Assembly (NCBI GenBank): GCA_002269645.1
Contig: NIVC01004388.1
Coordinates: 1 to 47,691, forward strand
Length of the DNA stretch: 47,691 nt
Reading direction: 5' to 3'
Source: Macrostomum lignano
Taxonomy: Eukaryota
The position numbers and the translations under genes are program-made. The notes beneath the pieces are model-generated. The model was not told where the DNA came from, did no database searches, and saw only the letters and a list, made by a program, of their open reading frames with translations. This document shows positions 20,601 to 32,800 of the stretch, in pieces (position 1 is the stretch's first letter; the number at the start of each line of letters is the position of its first letter).

Positions 20601-23600
20601 CGGCGCCGGCGGCAGCGAGTCGGGAGAGCCTTCGCCGCCGTCCATCATCTTCCAGCCGCCTGTGCGGCCGGGCCGCGGCATGGAGGGCCGCCACATCGGC
20701 CTGCGGGCCAACCACTTTGAGATTAAGTTACCCAAGGGCTTCCTGCATCACTACGACGTGTCAATCATGCCTGACAAGTGTCCGAGGCGCATTAACCGCG
20801 AGATTGTTGATATCATGGTGAACTCGATGCACCATCAGAAGTACTTCTTCAACCAGCGTCCGGTGTTCGATGGTCGCAAGAATTTGTACACCAGGGACCC
20901 CCTGCCGTTTGGAACCGACCGGCTCGAGCTGGAGGTCACCCTGCCCGGCGAGGGCAGCAAGGACCGCGTGTTCAAGGTACTGAGGCTGATTCTTTTCCTG
21001 CGGGCTAGATTAGCAATCCATTCTATTCCTGCATCCATGATAGGCTAGATTAGCAATCCATTCTATTCCTGCACCCATGATAGGCTAGATTAGCAATCCA
21101 TTCTATTCCTGCACCCATGATAGGCTAGATTAGCAATCCATTCTATTCCTGCATCCATGATAGGCTAGATTAGCAATCAATTCTATTCCTGCATCCATAA
21201 TAGGCTAGATTAGCAATCCATTCTATTCCTGCATCCGTGATAGGCTAGATTAGCAATCCATTCTATTCCTGCACCCATGATAGGCTAGATTAGCAATCCA
21301 TTCTATTCCTGCATCCATGATAGGCTAGATTAGCAATCAATTCTATTCCTGCATCCATAATAGGCTAGATTAGCAATCCATTCTATTCCTGCATCCATGA
21401 TAGGCTAGATTAGCAATCCATTCTATTCCTGCATCCATGATAGGCTAGATTAGCAATCAATTCTATTCCTGCATCCATAATAGGCTAGATTAGCAATCCA
21501 TTCTATTCCTGCATCCGTGATAGGCTAGATTAGCAATCCATTCTATTCCTGCATCCGTGATTGGCTAGATTAGCAATCCATTCTATTCCTGCCTCCGTGA
21601 TAGGCTAGATTAGCAATCCATTCTATTCCTGCATCCATGATAGGCTAGATTAGCAATCCATTCTACTCCTGCATCCATGATAGGCTAGATTAGCAATCCG
21701 TTCTATTCCTGCATCCATGATAGGCTAGATTAGCAATCCATTCTATTCCTGCATCCATGATAGGCTAGATTAGCAATCCATTCTATTCCTGCATCCATGA
21801 TAGGCTAGATTAGCAATCCATTCTATTCCTGCATCCATGATAGGCTAGATTAGCAATCCATTCTATTCCTGCACCCATGATAGGCTAGATTAGCAATCCA
21901 TTCTATTCCTGCACCCATGATAGGCTGGATTAGCAATCCATTCTATTCCTGCATCCATGATAGGCTAGATTAGCAATCCATTCTATTCCTGCCTCCGTGA
22001 TAGGCTAGATTAGCAATCCATTCTATTCCTGCACCCATGATAGGCTAGATTAGCAATCCATTCTATTCCTGCATCCATGATAGTCTAGATTAGCAATCCA
22101 TTCTATTCCTGCCCCCGTGATAGGCTAGATTAGCAATCCATTCTATTCCTGCATCCATGATAGGCTAGATTAGCAATCCATTCTATTCCTGCCTCCGTGA
22201 TAGGCTAGATTAGCAATCCATTCTATTCCTGCACCCATGATAGGCTAGATTAGCAATCCATTCTATTCCTGCCTCCGTGATAGGCTAGATTAGCAATCCA
22301 TTCTATTCCTGCACCCATGATAGGCTAGATTAGCAATCCATTCTATTCCTGCATCCATGATAGGCTAGATTAGCAATCCATTCTATTCCTGCCTCTGTGA
22401 TAGGCTAGATTAGCAATCCATTCTATTCCTGCATCCATGATAGGCTAGATTAGCAATCCATTCTATTCCTGCACCCATGATAGGCTAGATTAGCAATCCA
22501 TTCTATTCCTGCACCCATGATAGGCTAGATTAGCAATCCATTCTATTCCTGCCTCCGTGATAGGCTAGATTAGCAATCCATTCTATTCCTGCACCCATGA
22601 TAGGCTAGATTAGCAATCCATTCTATTCCTGCCTCCGTGATAGGCTAGATTAGCAATCCATTCTATTCCTGCATCCATGATAGGCTAGATTAGCAATCCA
22701 TTCTATTCCTGCCCCCGTGATAGGCTAGATTAGCAATCCATTCTATTCCTGCATCCATGATAGGCTAGATTAGCAATCCATTCTATTCCTGCACCCATGA
22801 TAGGCTAGATTAGCAATCCATTCTATTCCTGCACCCATGATAGGCTAGATTAGCAATCCATTCTATTCCTGCATCCATGATAGGCTAGATTAGCAATCCA
22901 TTCTATTCCAGCATCCATGATAGGCTAGATTAGCAATCCATTCTATTCCAGCATCCATGATAGGCTAGATTAGCAATCCATTCTATTCCTGCATCCATGA
23001 TAGGCTAGATTAGCAATCCATTCTATTCCTGCATCCATGATAGGCTAGATTAGCAATCCATTCTATTCCAGCATCCCTGTACGAGTAGACCAGACTAGCA
23101 ACCCAACTCTCTTTCATCCAGGTGATGATGAAGTACCTGGGCGAAGTGTCGCTATTCGCTCTCGAGGAGGCCCTTGAAGGCCGACGCCAGAACATTCCAG
23201 CCGAAGCGGTGAACGCCCTGGACGTGGTGATGAGGCACCTGCCCAGCCTCCAGTACACCCCGGTTGGCCGGTCGTTTTTCCAGCCGCCTGAGATGAACGA
23301 CCACCCGCTGGGCAGCGGCCGGGAGGTGTGGTTCGGCTTCCACCAGAGCGTGCGGCCCAGCCACTGGAAGATGATGCTCAACATTGACGTGTCCGCCACC
23401 GCGTTCTACAAAGCTCAGACAGTTTGCGAGTTCCTGTGCGATGTGCTGGAGATTCAGGTAAAAATTCTCAACTATTTTAACGAGTATGATTTTCACATTG
23501 CTGCTTTTAGTAGCATGCTGTAGAAATTTACCAAAATCCGCTCTGTAATCAGCAGATCCGTGATCTGGAGGAGTACAACAAGAAGCCGCTGAGCGACTGC

Positions 23601-26600
23601 AACAGGGTGAAGTTCACCAAGGAGATCAAAGGCCTGAAGATTGAGATCACCCACTGCGGCCAGATGCGCCGCAAGTACCGCGTCTGCAACGTCACCAGGC
23701 GCTCGGCCAGCACGCAGAGCTTCCCGCTGCAGATGGAGAACGGCCAGACTCTTGAGTGCACCGTGGCCAAGTACTTTGCTGAGCGGTACAAGATGAAGCT
23801 GCGATACCCCATGCTGCCCTGTCTGCAGGTAAGACTTGTTTATCACTTGTTCCATTGTGACTGGCCTCTATGAACCACTTGTTCCATTGTGACAACAATA
23901 AACTATATGTATAAGTATCGCTGTTATTCTTCCAGGTGGGCCTGGAGAACAAGCACACCTACCTGCCACTGGAGGTGTGCAACATTGTCAGCGGCCAGCG
24001 CTGCATCAAGAAGCTGACGGACTCGCAGACGTCCACCATGATCAAGGCCACGGCCAGGTCCGCCCCGGACCGGGAGCGCGAGATCAACAACCTGGTGCGG
24101 AAGGCCAATTTTAGTCACGACAGTCACCTGCAGACCTTTGGCATTCAGGTTTGTGAATTATGGAGTGCGTTTATGGATTGCCGTGTGCTTAATAATGCTG
24201 TTTTACTTGAGCACATTCAACCGAAACACATTAGGACTGCTTAATGTAACTTTCTGGTTTCTTACGAGTATTCCTAGAAAAAGAAGCAAGTCTAGCCAGG
24301 ATAGGACAGATTATTGAATTATTTATCAAAAGTTGGAGACTTTTCTGTCAGTTTTATGCGATTTATGTCAGGATTATGGGATTTCCTGTCAGTGTTGTGG
24401 GAATTCCTGTCAGGATTGTGGGAATTCCTGTCAGGGTTGTGGGAATTCCTATCAGGGTTATCAGATTTCCTGTCAGTGTTGTGGGAATTCCTGTCAGGGT
24501 TATCGGATTTCCTGTCAGTGTTGAAGGAATTCCTGTCAGGGTTATCGGATTTCCTGTCAGTGTTGTGGGAATTCCTGTCAGGGTTATGGGATTTCCTGTC
24601 AGTGTTGTGGGAATTCCTGTCAGGGTTATGGGATTTCCTGTCAGTGTTGTGGGAATTCCTGTCAGGGTTATGGGATTTCCTTTCAGGGTTGTGGGAATTC
24701 CTGTCAGGATTGTGGGAATTCCTGTCAGGGTTATGGGAATTCCTGTCAGGGTTATGGGATTTCCTGTCAGGGTTGTGGGAATTCCTGTCAGGGTTGTTGG
24801 AATTCCTGTCAGGGTTGTGGGAATTCCTGTCAGGGTTGTTGGGTCTCCTGTCGGTTGTGGGAATTCCTGTCAGTGTTGTGGGAATTCCTGTCAGGGTTGT
24901 GGGAATTCCTGTCAGTGTTGTTGGAATTCCTGTCAGGGTTGTGGGAATTCCTGTCAGGGTTGTTGGGTCTCCTGTCGGTTGTGGGAATTCCTGTCAGGGT
25001 TGTGGGAATTCCTGTCAGGGTTATGGGGTTTCCTTTCAGGGTTGTGGGAATTCCTGTCAGGGTTATGGGAATACCTGTCAGGGTTGTGGGAATTCCTGTC
25101 AGGGTTGTGGGAATTCCTGTCAGGGTTGTGGGAATTCCTGTCAGGGTTGTTGGAATTCCTGTCAGGATTGTGGAATCTCCTGTTTGCATTGAGATTTCGT
25201 GTCATTATAGTGGAATTTTCCAGTCAATATTCTAATTGCAATGAATTGACTCTCCATTTCTCAATGCCGCCGCCCGCTCGCAGGTGCAAACTCGCATGGC
25301 AGATATCGGAGGCCGGGTGCTGCCGGCTCCCAAGATCCAATACGGCGGCCGGTCCAAGGCGCAGGCGCTGCCGCAGCAGGGGTCTGGGACATGCGCGGCA
25401 AGCAGTTCTTTGCCGGCATCGAGATCAAAGTGTGGGCCATCGCCTGCTTCGCTCCGCAGCGCACAGTGCGCGAGGACTCGCTGAGGCAGTTCACCCAGCA
25501 GCTGCAGAAGATCAGCCAGGATGCCGGCATGGCCATCACCGGCCAGCCCTGCTTCTGCAAGTACGCCAACGGCCAGGACCAGGTGGAGCCAATGTTCCGC
25601 TACCTGAAGAACAACTTTCACGGCCTGCAGCTCATTGTGGTGGTGCTGCCGGGCAAGACGCCGGTGAGTAGAATTTATGGGTTTCTGACAAACATTTGAA
25701 GATTCCTATTAGATCTCATTAATGCCCTGTCTAGATGATCGCAAGTTGTGCTCCCAGAGTTCACCCATTTGTGATAGGTTTAGTTGCCAACCTCCATTGT
25801 AGCCTAGTGGTTAGAGGTGGGGGTTTCGATTCTCGACCCAGTCGGAACAATTTGTGTCCTTGAGCAAGACACTTAACTCTGCATTGCTTCAGTTCACCCA
25901 GCTGTAAAGGTCTTGCACCAGAATTAGCTGGGGTAATTGAGGGTGTGGCGACCCCCCAGTCGTTGGACTGAACAGCCACACGCAGTCTTCAGATGCGCCA
26001 TGCAATAGCTGCGGCTGAGCTGTCGGTTGCACTTCTGCCATTAGGACAGGTTTAATGACGATTAGAAAGTCAGGGTCGCTGTACACCCTCTGGGAGCGTG
26101 TGCATGAGTCCTGCTGGGCTGGAGTCGTAGAATCGCTAATCTAAATAAATGCTCTCTGACACATGGTGGGGGCAAATCACCAGGTGTACGCCGAGGTCAA
26201 GCGAGTGGGCGACATCCTGTTCGGCTTGGCCACTCAGTGCGTGCAGGCTAAGAACGTGATCAAGACTTCGCCGCAGACGCTCAGCAATCTCTGCCTGAAG
26301 ATCAACGTCAAACTAGGCGGCATCAACTCCATCCTGGTGCCGGGCGTTCGTCCGGGCGTCTTCCGCGAGCCCGTCATCTTCATGGGCGGCGACGTGACCC
26401 ACCCGCCGGCCGGCGACCGCTCCAAGCCGTCCATCGCAGCTGTGGTGGCCAGCATGGACGCCCACCCCAGCCGGTACGCGGCCACTGTCCGAGTTCAGGG
26501 CCATCGGGAAGAGAAAATCACCGAGCTGACCGCCATGGTCCGCGAACTGCTGCTGCACTTCTATAGGAGCACCCGGTTCAAGCCGACCAGGATTGTGTAC

Positions 26601-28143
26601 TACAGGGACGGAGTGAGCGAGGGCCAGTTCCAGGTGAGCATTTTACCTGGGCTTAAAAGTCTGCAATCTTGTAGGCATGCGTCTGAATCCAGGTAGATTT
26701 TTGTTATCTGACATGACTGAAAAATATGTTTGCGACACTGGAAGCCTGCTGGAAACCCTGATGTCTTTTGGAAACCCCGGTCGCCTGCTGGAAACCCCGG
26801 TCGCCTGCTGAAAACCCTGGATGTCTTTTGGAAACCCCAGTTGTCTGCTGGAAACCCTGGATGACTTTTGGAAACCCCGGTCGCCTGCTGGAAACCCTGG
26901 ATGACTTTTGGAAACCCCGGTCGCCTGCTGGAAACCCTGGATGACTTTTGGAAACCCCGGTTGCCTGCTGGAAACCCAGGGTTAGAATAGCCACAGTCCC
27001 AAAATGCCTTCCCGCAACCATCTGCACACGTCATCACCACCCTCGTCAGGTGGTCCAGTCCCACGAGCTGCGCGCCATCCGGGAGGCCTGCACCCGCCTG
27101 GAGATGGGCTACCAGCCCGGCATCACCTTTGTTGTGGTGCAGAAGCGCCACCACACCCGCCTGTTCTGCGCCGACACCAAAGACCGAATGGGCCGCAGCG
27201 GCAACATCCCGGCCGGCACCACGGTGGATCAGACCATCACGCATCCCACCGAGTTCGATTTCTACCTGTGCAGCCACGCTGGCATTCAGGTGAGTCTAGC
27301 TTTGGATAGCTTAGCCCTCCAGTCTCTCACTGAGAGTCGCCCTCCAGTCTCTCACTGAGAGTCGCCCTCCAGTCTCTCACTGAGAGTCGCCCTCCAGTCT
27401 CACTGAGAGTCGCCCTCCAGTCTCACTGAGAGTCGCCCTCCAGTCTCACTGAGAGTCGCCCTCCAGTCTCACTGAGAGTCGCCCTCCAGTCTCTCACTGA
27501 GAGTCGCCCTCCAGTCTCACTGAGAGTCGCCCTCCAGTCTCTCACTGAGAGTCGCCCTCCAGTCTCTCACTGAGAGTCGCCCTCCAGTCTCACTGAGAGT
27601 CGCCCTCCAGTCTCTCACTGAGAGTCGCCCTCCAGTCTCACTGAGAGTCGCCCTCCAGTCTCTCACTGAGAGTCGCCCTCCAGTCTCTCACTGAGAGTCG
27701 TCCTCCAGTCTCACTGAGAGTCGCCCTCCAGTATCTCACTGAGAGTCGCCCTCCAGTCTCACTGAGAGTCGCCCTCCAGTCTCACTGAGAGTCGCCCTTC
27801 AGTCTCACTGAGAGTCGCCCGATCCGCTCCGCAGGGCACGAGCCGACCCTCGCACTATCACGTGCTGTGGGACGATAACCGGTTCACGGCTGACGAGCTG
27901 CAGGTGCTGACGTACCAGCTGTGCCACACCTACGTCCGCTGCACCCGCTCCGTGAGCATCCCGGCCCCAGCCTACTATGCTCACCTGGTGGCCTTTCGAG
28001 CTCGCTACCACCTGGTTGAGAAGGAGATCGACTCGGGCGAGGGCTCGCAGAAGAGCGGCAACTCTGACGAGCGGACCCCCACGGCAATGCTGCGGGCGGT
28101 CACGGTGCACCCGGAGACCATGCGGGTGATGTACTTTGCCTGA
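17602..28143 (+). CDS. AGO1: Argonaute, miRNA-class AGO subfamily (Drosophila AGO1 / vertebrate AGO1-4-like). Exons: 17602-17710, 20381-20976, 23122-23457, 23556-23828, 23936-24148, 25284-25663 (1 nt short), 26184-26633, 27050-27289, 27835-28143; about 968 aa once the frameshift is corrected
   Basis: N domain ([22 protein letters not shown]), L1 ([20 protein letters not shown]), PAZ ([22 protein letters not shown]), MID ([31 protein letters not shown]), PIWI ([43 protein letters not shown]). Exon 1 starts at the first ATG after an in-frame TAA, ends at a perfect GTAAGT donor in phase 1 and matches the phase-1 acceptor at 20380. The frame shifts at 25379-25382. Confidence 0.95.
18700..19305. 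mobile_element. 606-bp MITE with about 38-bp TIRs and an 8-bp TSD GTGGAAGC in AGO intron 1
   Basis: GTGGAAGC at 18692-18699 and 19306-19313 directly flanks inverted repeats AGTGTAAGACCAAGATGGCCATACACCAAGATGGCCAT and (reverse complement) GGCACATGACCAAGATAGCCACACACCAAGATGGCCAC. The interior is AT-rich and non-coding. Confidence 0.75.
21003..23075. repeat. 40-bp minisatellite, about 52 copies (GGCTAGATTAGCAATCCATTCTATTCCTGCATCCATGATA), in AGO intron 2
   Basis: Strict 40-bp period, variation confined to a few positions, no unique spacers. Confidence 0.98.
24365..25185. repeat. 21-bp minisatellite (GGGAATTCCTGTCAGGGTTGT) in AGO intron 5
   Basis: Directly visible. Confidence 0.95.
25796..26065 (+). 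mobile_element. tRNA-derived SINE with CORE-like domain in AGO intron 6
   Basis: TTGTAGCCTAGTGGTTAGAG (A-box) and GTTTCGATTCTCG (B-box-like), then TTGTGTCCTTGAGCAAGACACTTAAC..CAGCTGTAAA, resembling the MIR/CORE-SINE core. Second copy at 14680-15010. Confidence 0.8.
26745..26980. repeat. 20/40-bp minisatellite (GGAAACCCCGGTCGCCTGCT + GGAAACCCTGGATGACTTTT) in AGO intron 7
   Basis: Directly visible. Confidence 0.92.
27315..27820. repeat. 23/25-bp minisatellite (GAGAGTCGCCCTCCAGTCT(CT)CACT) in AGO intron 8
   Basis: Directly visible. Confidence 0.95.
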
Positions 28144-28737
28144 TGCGCTGCTCTGGGCAGCTGGAATGCTCAACATATCCCATTGTTATTAACTTATCTC
28201 GGTTTTTTTTACCTGCATTCCCTCGGTTTTTTATTATGCAAAAAATTAAGCTGCAATTTGAAAACGAAAGCATTCTTGGTTATTCATCTTGTCTGCGGTT
28301 TTTTATATGCATTAATTTTATTGTCAATAACATTTATTAATAGTCAATTTGCGCAATAGTTATGTCTCTGTATTCCCGTCTGTCCATGTCCGGTTGTCCC
28401 TGTGTTTTTTTGTTTATTCCTTTTAAATTATGCATTGTTTTCCCAATGGCTTACAGTTTTTACAATATAAGCGCGTTGAACTTATTTGTACCATTTTCTT
28501 ATTGATGCGAGATCTCTGGCTGCTGAGGCCCGCATGTCAGCTGTTGATCATTGTAGGCTGGCAGCTTTGTTTGTCTGCTCGTTTAACTTTAAATATATAC
28601 TCGTACTTTGTTCTGCTGCTGCTCTGGGCGAGATTAATTACAGCTGCTGATTGTGCTGTCACATTATCCTAAATTCATTGTATGTTTTGTTTTCATGTTT
28701 ATTTGGCGCTGATATCAATTATGATCACTACCGGTCA

Positions 28738-29607
28738 TAGACTCACTGACACCCTGACTCACTGACACCCTGACTCACTGACACCCTGACTCACTGACAC
28801 CCTGACTCACTGAAACCCTGACTCACTGACACCCTGACTCACTGACACCCTGACTCACTACTGACACCCTGACTCACTGACACCCTGACTCACTGACACC
28901 CTGACTCACTACTGACACCCTGACTCACTGACACCCTGACTCACTACTGACACCCTGACTCACTACTGACACCCTGACTCACTACTGACACCCTGACTCA
29001 CTGACACCCTGACTCTACTGACACCCTGACTCACTGACACCCTGACTCACTGACACCCTGACTCACTGATACCCTGACTCACTACTGACACCCTGACTCA
29101 CTGACACCCTGACTCACTACTGACACCTTGACTCACTGACACCCTGACTCACTGACACCCTGACTCACTACTGACACCCTGACTCACTACTGACACCCTG
29201 ACTCACTGACACCCTGACTCACTGACACCCTGACTCACTACTGACACCCTGACTCACTGACACCCTGACTCACTACTGACACCCTGACTCACTGACACCC
29301 TGACTCACTACTGACACCCTGACTCACTGACACCCTGACTCACTGACACCCTGACTCACTGACTCCCTGACTCACTGACACCCTGACTCACTGACACCCT
29401 GACTCACTGACACCCTGACTCACTGACACCCTAACTCACTACTGACACCCTGACTCACTGACACCCTGACTCACTACTGACACCCTGACTCACTGACACC
29501 CTGACTCACTGACACCCTGACTCACTGACTCCCTGACTCACTGACACCCTGACTCACTGACACCCTGACTCACTGACACCCTGACTCACTGACACCCTAA
29601 CTCACTG
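28738..29607. repeat. 16/19-bp minisatellite (CTGACACCCTGACTCA[CTA]) between the convergent AGO and ARHGEF10 3' ends
   Basis: Directly visible, about 50 units. Confidence 0.95.
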
Positions 29608-29836
29608 CCACCCTCAGATACAGGAGGATGTCTGCCAGTCTGTCTCACTGCTTCATTGAGTTCAGATTATCGCAAATGCACATTACTTTAGTTTGCTTCT
29701 GCTTTAGTAGAAAATTTCAGGAAATCAAATGGAAGACTTGCAGCCATTGCAGTTTTAATTGCGAAATCAAAATGGGAATTAGCAGTCTGGATAAAAATAC
29801 AGAGTTCGGTTGGTCTTGCACAGCCCTGGCACTAGG

Positions 29837-32800
29837 CTAGGATGTCGAGTAAAAGGCCATCAGGCTGGCGCCCTCCTCCCCGGGGCACTGCGGCCGGTGC
29901 AGCATGTCCCGGTAGCCCGGGCCGAAGGACACCACGATTTCCGGCCCGACCCGCCCGATGGCAGCCGCCGCCGCGTCCACGACGTCGTTCACCGCCTCCT
30001 CTTCCTCTATGTCGCTGAGCTTCTCGTCCTCTGCCCCGACTACTGAAGAAGCTTCAGCAGCGTCGCCAAAGTCAATGTCCACCAGGTGGGAGCAGCCAGA
30101 GTCCAGCTGCAGCAGCGAGCCGTACAGCTTCCGCACATCCGTCTCTGGCGTGTGCAGCTGCTGGTTGCGCAGCCGTTCGCTGATCAGCAGGTTGGGGTTC
30201 GATGCCCAGCGTTGCATGTTCGGCGCCACCGACACCCTGGCCACGGCGGTTGACTTTCGACGTATAGCTGCGGCGGCGGCATCATCGGCGGCATCGGCTG
30301 CTTCGGCTTCGTCGACGACCATCTTCAGTCGGTAGAGGCCGCTGGTGGAGCCGGAGCTGTCCAGCCCGCCGGAGGACTCCGCGTCAGATGGCGTTGCCGC
30401 CCGTCCGTCTGCCTCGCCGGCGCCCGGCTCCGACTCCGCCTCCTGCTCGTCGAAGGTGACGGTGGACACGACTGTGTCCTTGATGTTCCTGTAGGTGAGC
30501 AGCGCCGTGATCGGGCCGCGGTGCGAGTGGCAGCAGATCAGTGGCGGACCGAAGGCCACGGGGACTCCGCCGTCGAGTCGGGGCGTCCTGAGCAGGTACA
30601 GCAGGCCGACCGAGGTGCCGACCCAGAGCAGGCCTCGGGTCACGGCCACGGCGGTGGCGGCCGGCACCGTGCTCTCCGGATGGCGGTGCGTCTTGGCGTT
30701 GACCTTAGCGAAGGCGGGCCGGATGTCGAAGGTCTGCACCAGGCGCATGTCCGGCCGGTAGTACAGCCGCACGTACGGCCGGTTCTCAAAGCAGACCCAG
30801 AGGCCCTCGCCAGCCAGCAGGAAGCTGCGCACGTGACCACCGCCGCTGCCGCCCATCTTCGTGGCCTCATCGTTGTCGTCCGCGTCCTCCAGCGACAGGT
30901 CGGTGCGGCTGAGTTGACGCAGGCTCTCCAGGCCGAGGGAGATGATGCAGGGCCCGCTGCTCATCAGCAGCTGCTGGCCGTCTTGACTGACGGTGAGGTT
31001 TCGCAGCGGCCAGTCGGCGATGCTCTGCACCTCCGGGTCCTGCAGGTTCCAGTTGCCCAGCAGGTTCTGGTTGAAGCACAGCAGGTTGCCGCTGACGTCG
31101 CCGCAGTAGATGCTCTTGTCCCAGCACAGCATGCTGGTCACCGTGGCGGGCACGTCAACTTTCTTGCGAGGCTCGCGGCGCTTCGACTCAACGGTGCTGT
31201 GCAGGAAGATCTCGGCCGTGTCCGTGGCCATCCACACCTCGTCCTCCTTGTTCTGGCTGGAGGTCGGGCAGCCGGGCACCACCGCGGCTGCCGTCACGTA
31301 GGCGTCCACCGGGCGGAAAGTCTCCGTCATCTCCAGGCTCTGGTTGTAGAGTGAAAACACCGCCACGCTGCCGTCACTGGCCGCGCACCAGATGTGCGTC
31401 TTCAGGATGCTGCCGTTGAGCAGGCACACCGGGGTGGCGCAGGTCACCTGCGGTATTGCCCGGAGTCGGCTATTTTGGCTAAATCTTCTGCTATTTTCTC
31501 TCCCCACTAGCAAATGTACATCTACGGCTATTTTCTCTGCTCCCTGGCAAATGTACATCTACGGCTATTTTCTCTGCTCCCTGGCAAATGTACATCTGCG
31601 GCATTTTTCTCCCCCTAGCAAATGTGTGTAGAGATCTCTAAACATGGTAGCCTACTAGAAGTAGTAAGATAAAGTTATGAATACAAATTTAAAAATAGCT
31701 ATGTGTCATACTCTATTTTTAGTAATACCAGTCATATCACGCAAACAGCGAGTGGCTATGCTAATGTTCGAAAAAACCGGTTCTCGACATCTATTTTTAG
31801 AACTTCCAAATATGGTAAATGTTAACCTGAATGTAACCCAAGTCTCACCCCTTTCTATTCAAAAACCCCACCTGTCAAATAATAAAATTCCTTTCGTGAA
31901 CTCATCAAAAAAACCGGTTTTGAGCTCAAGGTCGACTCAAGGCCGACAAATTGTGTATAAATACAAAAAATCCGAGCTGAAATCTCAGACTCGGAGCAGC
32001 CTCCAAAGATCTTGGGCTTTGCAAGAGCAGCCAACGAGGCTATATCTCTGAGGAAGAAATAAACACCAATTGGTAAGCTTTGTTCAAGTCTTCGTTATTT
32101 TGATTATTGAGAGCGATTGTTATTGCCGGCCGTTACTGTTCAGTCGATTTTATTGAGTCTATTGAGTTTGAGGCCTCCCTTTTCCTAAGGGATTGGATAG
32201 GATCTGCGGACCGATTCCGATACCCTTAGAGGATTATCGATTTGATTGATTTTGGTTATCCTAGATTAACCGATAGGAGCACACGACTCCGATTCCGTTA
32301 GTTCTAGAAGAAGACGCCCTTTCTGGAGGACCTCGTATTGAAGTTGATTTTGTTATTGGGCGCATCGTTGATATTGATTTCTGCACTCGAGGAATACATT
32401 GAATTCTGCACCCGAAGGAATACTGCGACGTCGATTTAATTGTTACGCTCTCACTTTCGATTCTAGACTTCAAGAAGACCACCCCGGGAGGAACAGCTCT
32501 ACGGAGACGAGCTCTACAGACGCGCGCGACAAAGAAGAGGAGCCCGCAACAGTAAGTGTTCACTGCATTTTGTTCCCAGGCTTAAGTGTCTGGAAGTGGG
32601 AGTTTTCGGGGGACTGATCACCTCCCGAATCAACTCTTCATGTGCATCTGCGGCTATTTTCTCCTCCCTAGAAAATTTTCTCAAAAAAACGTTCGCACTG
32701 CAAACCCGCGTAGCCCCCAGCAGCCCACCTGGAACATCGACCTGCTCAGGTCGCACGCCTTGACGCCAACCAGCAGCGGCGTCCGCTGATGCGACTGCAG

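Noticed and set aside
21003-23075. CRISPR-like regular 40-bp repeats next to an Argonaute gene
   Set aside because: Units are directly adjacent with no unique spacers, there are no cas genes, and the array lies in a spliceosomal intron. It is a minisatellite.
25370-25395. Programmed -1 ribosomal frameshift in AGO
   Set aside because: There is no X XXY YYZ slippery heptamer, and the conserved peptide is restored by a simple extra G. An indel is more parsimonious.
24314-25671. 292-431 aa repetitive ORFs (LWEFLSG, VVGIPVR, GCGNSCQ)
   Set aside because: Artefacts of the 21-bp array in AGO intron 5.
25796-25850. tRNA gene
   Set aside because: A/B boxes are present but there is no cloverleaf. 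It is the head of a SINE.
17602-28143. Prokaryotic Argonaute defence operon
   Set aside because: The gene has GT-AG introns and eukaryotic AGO-clade motifs, and its neighbours are unrelated metazoan genes.
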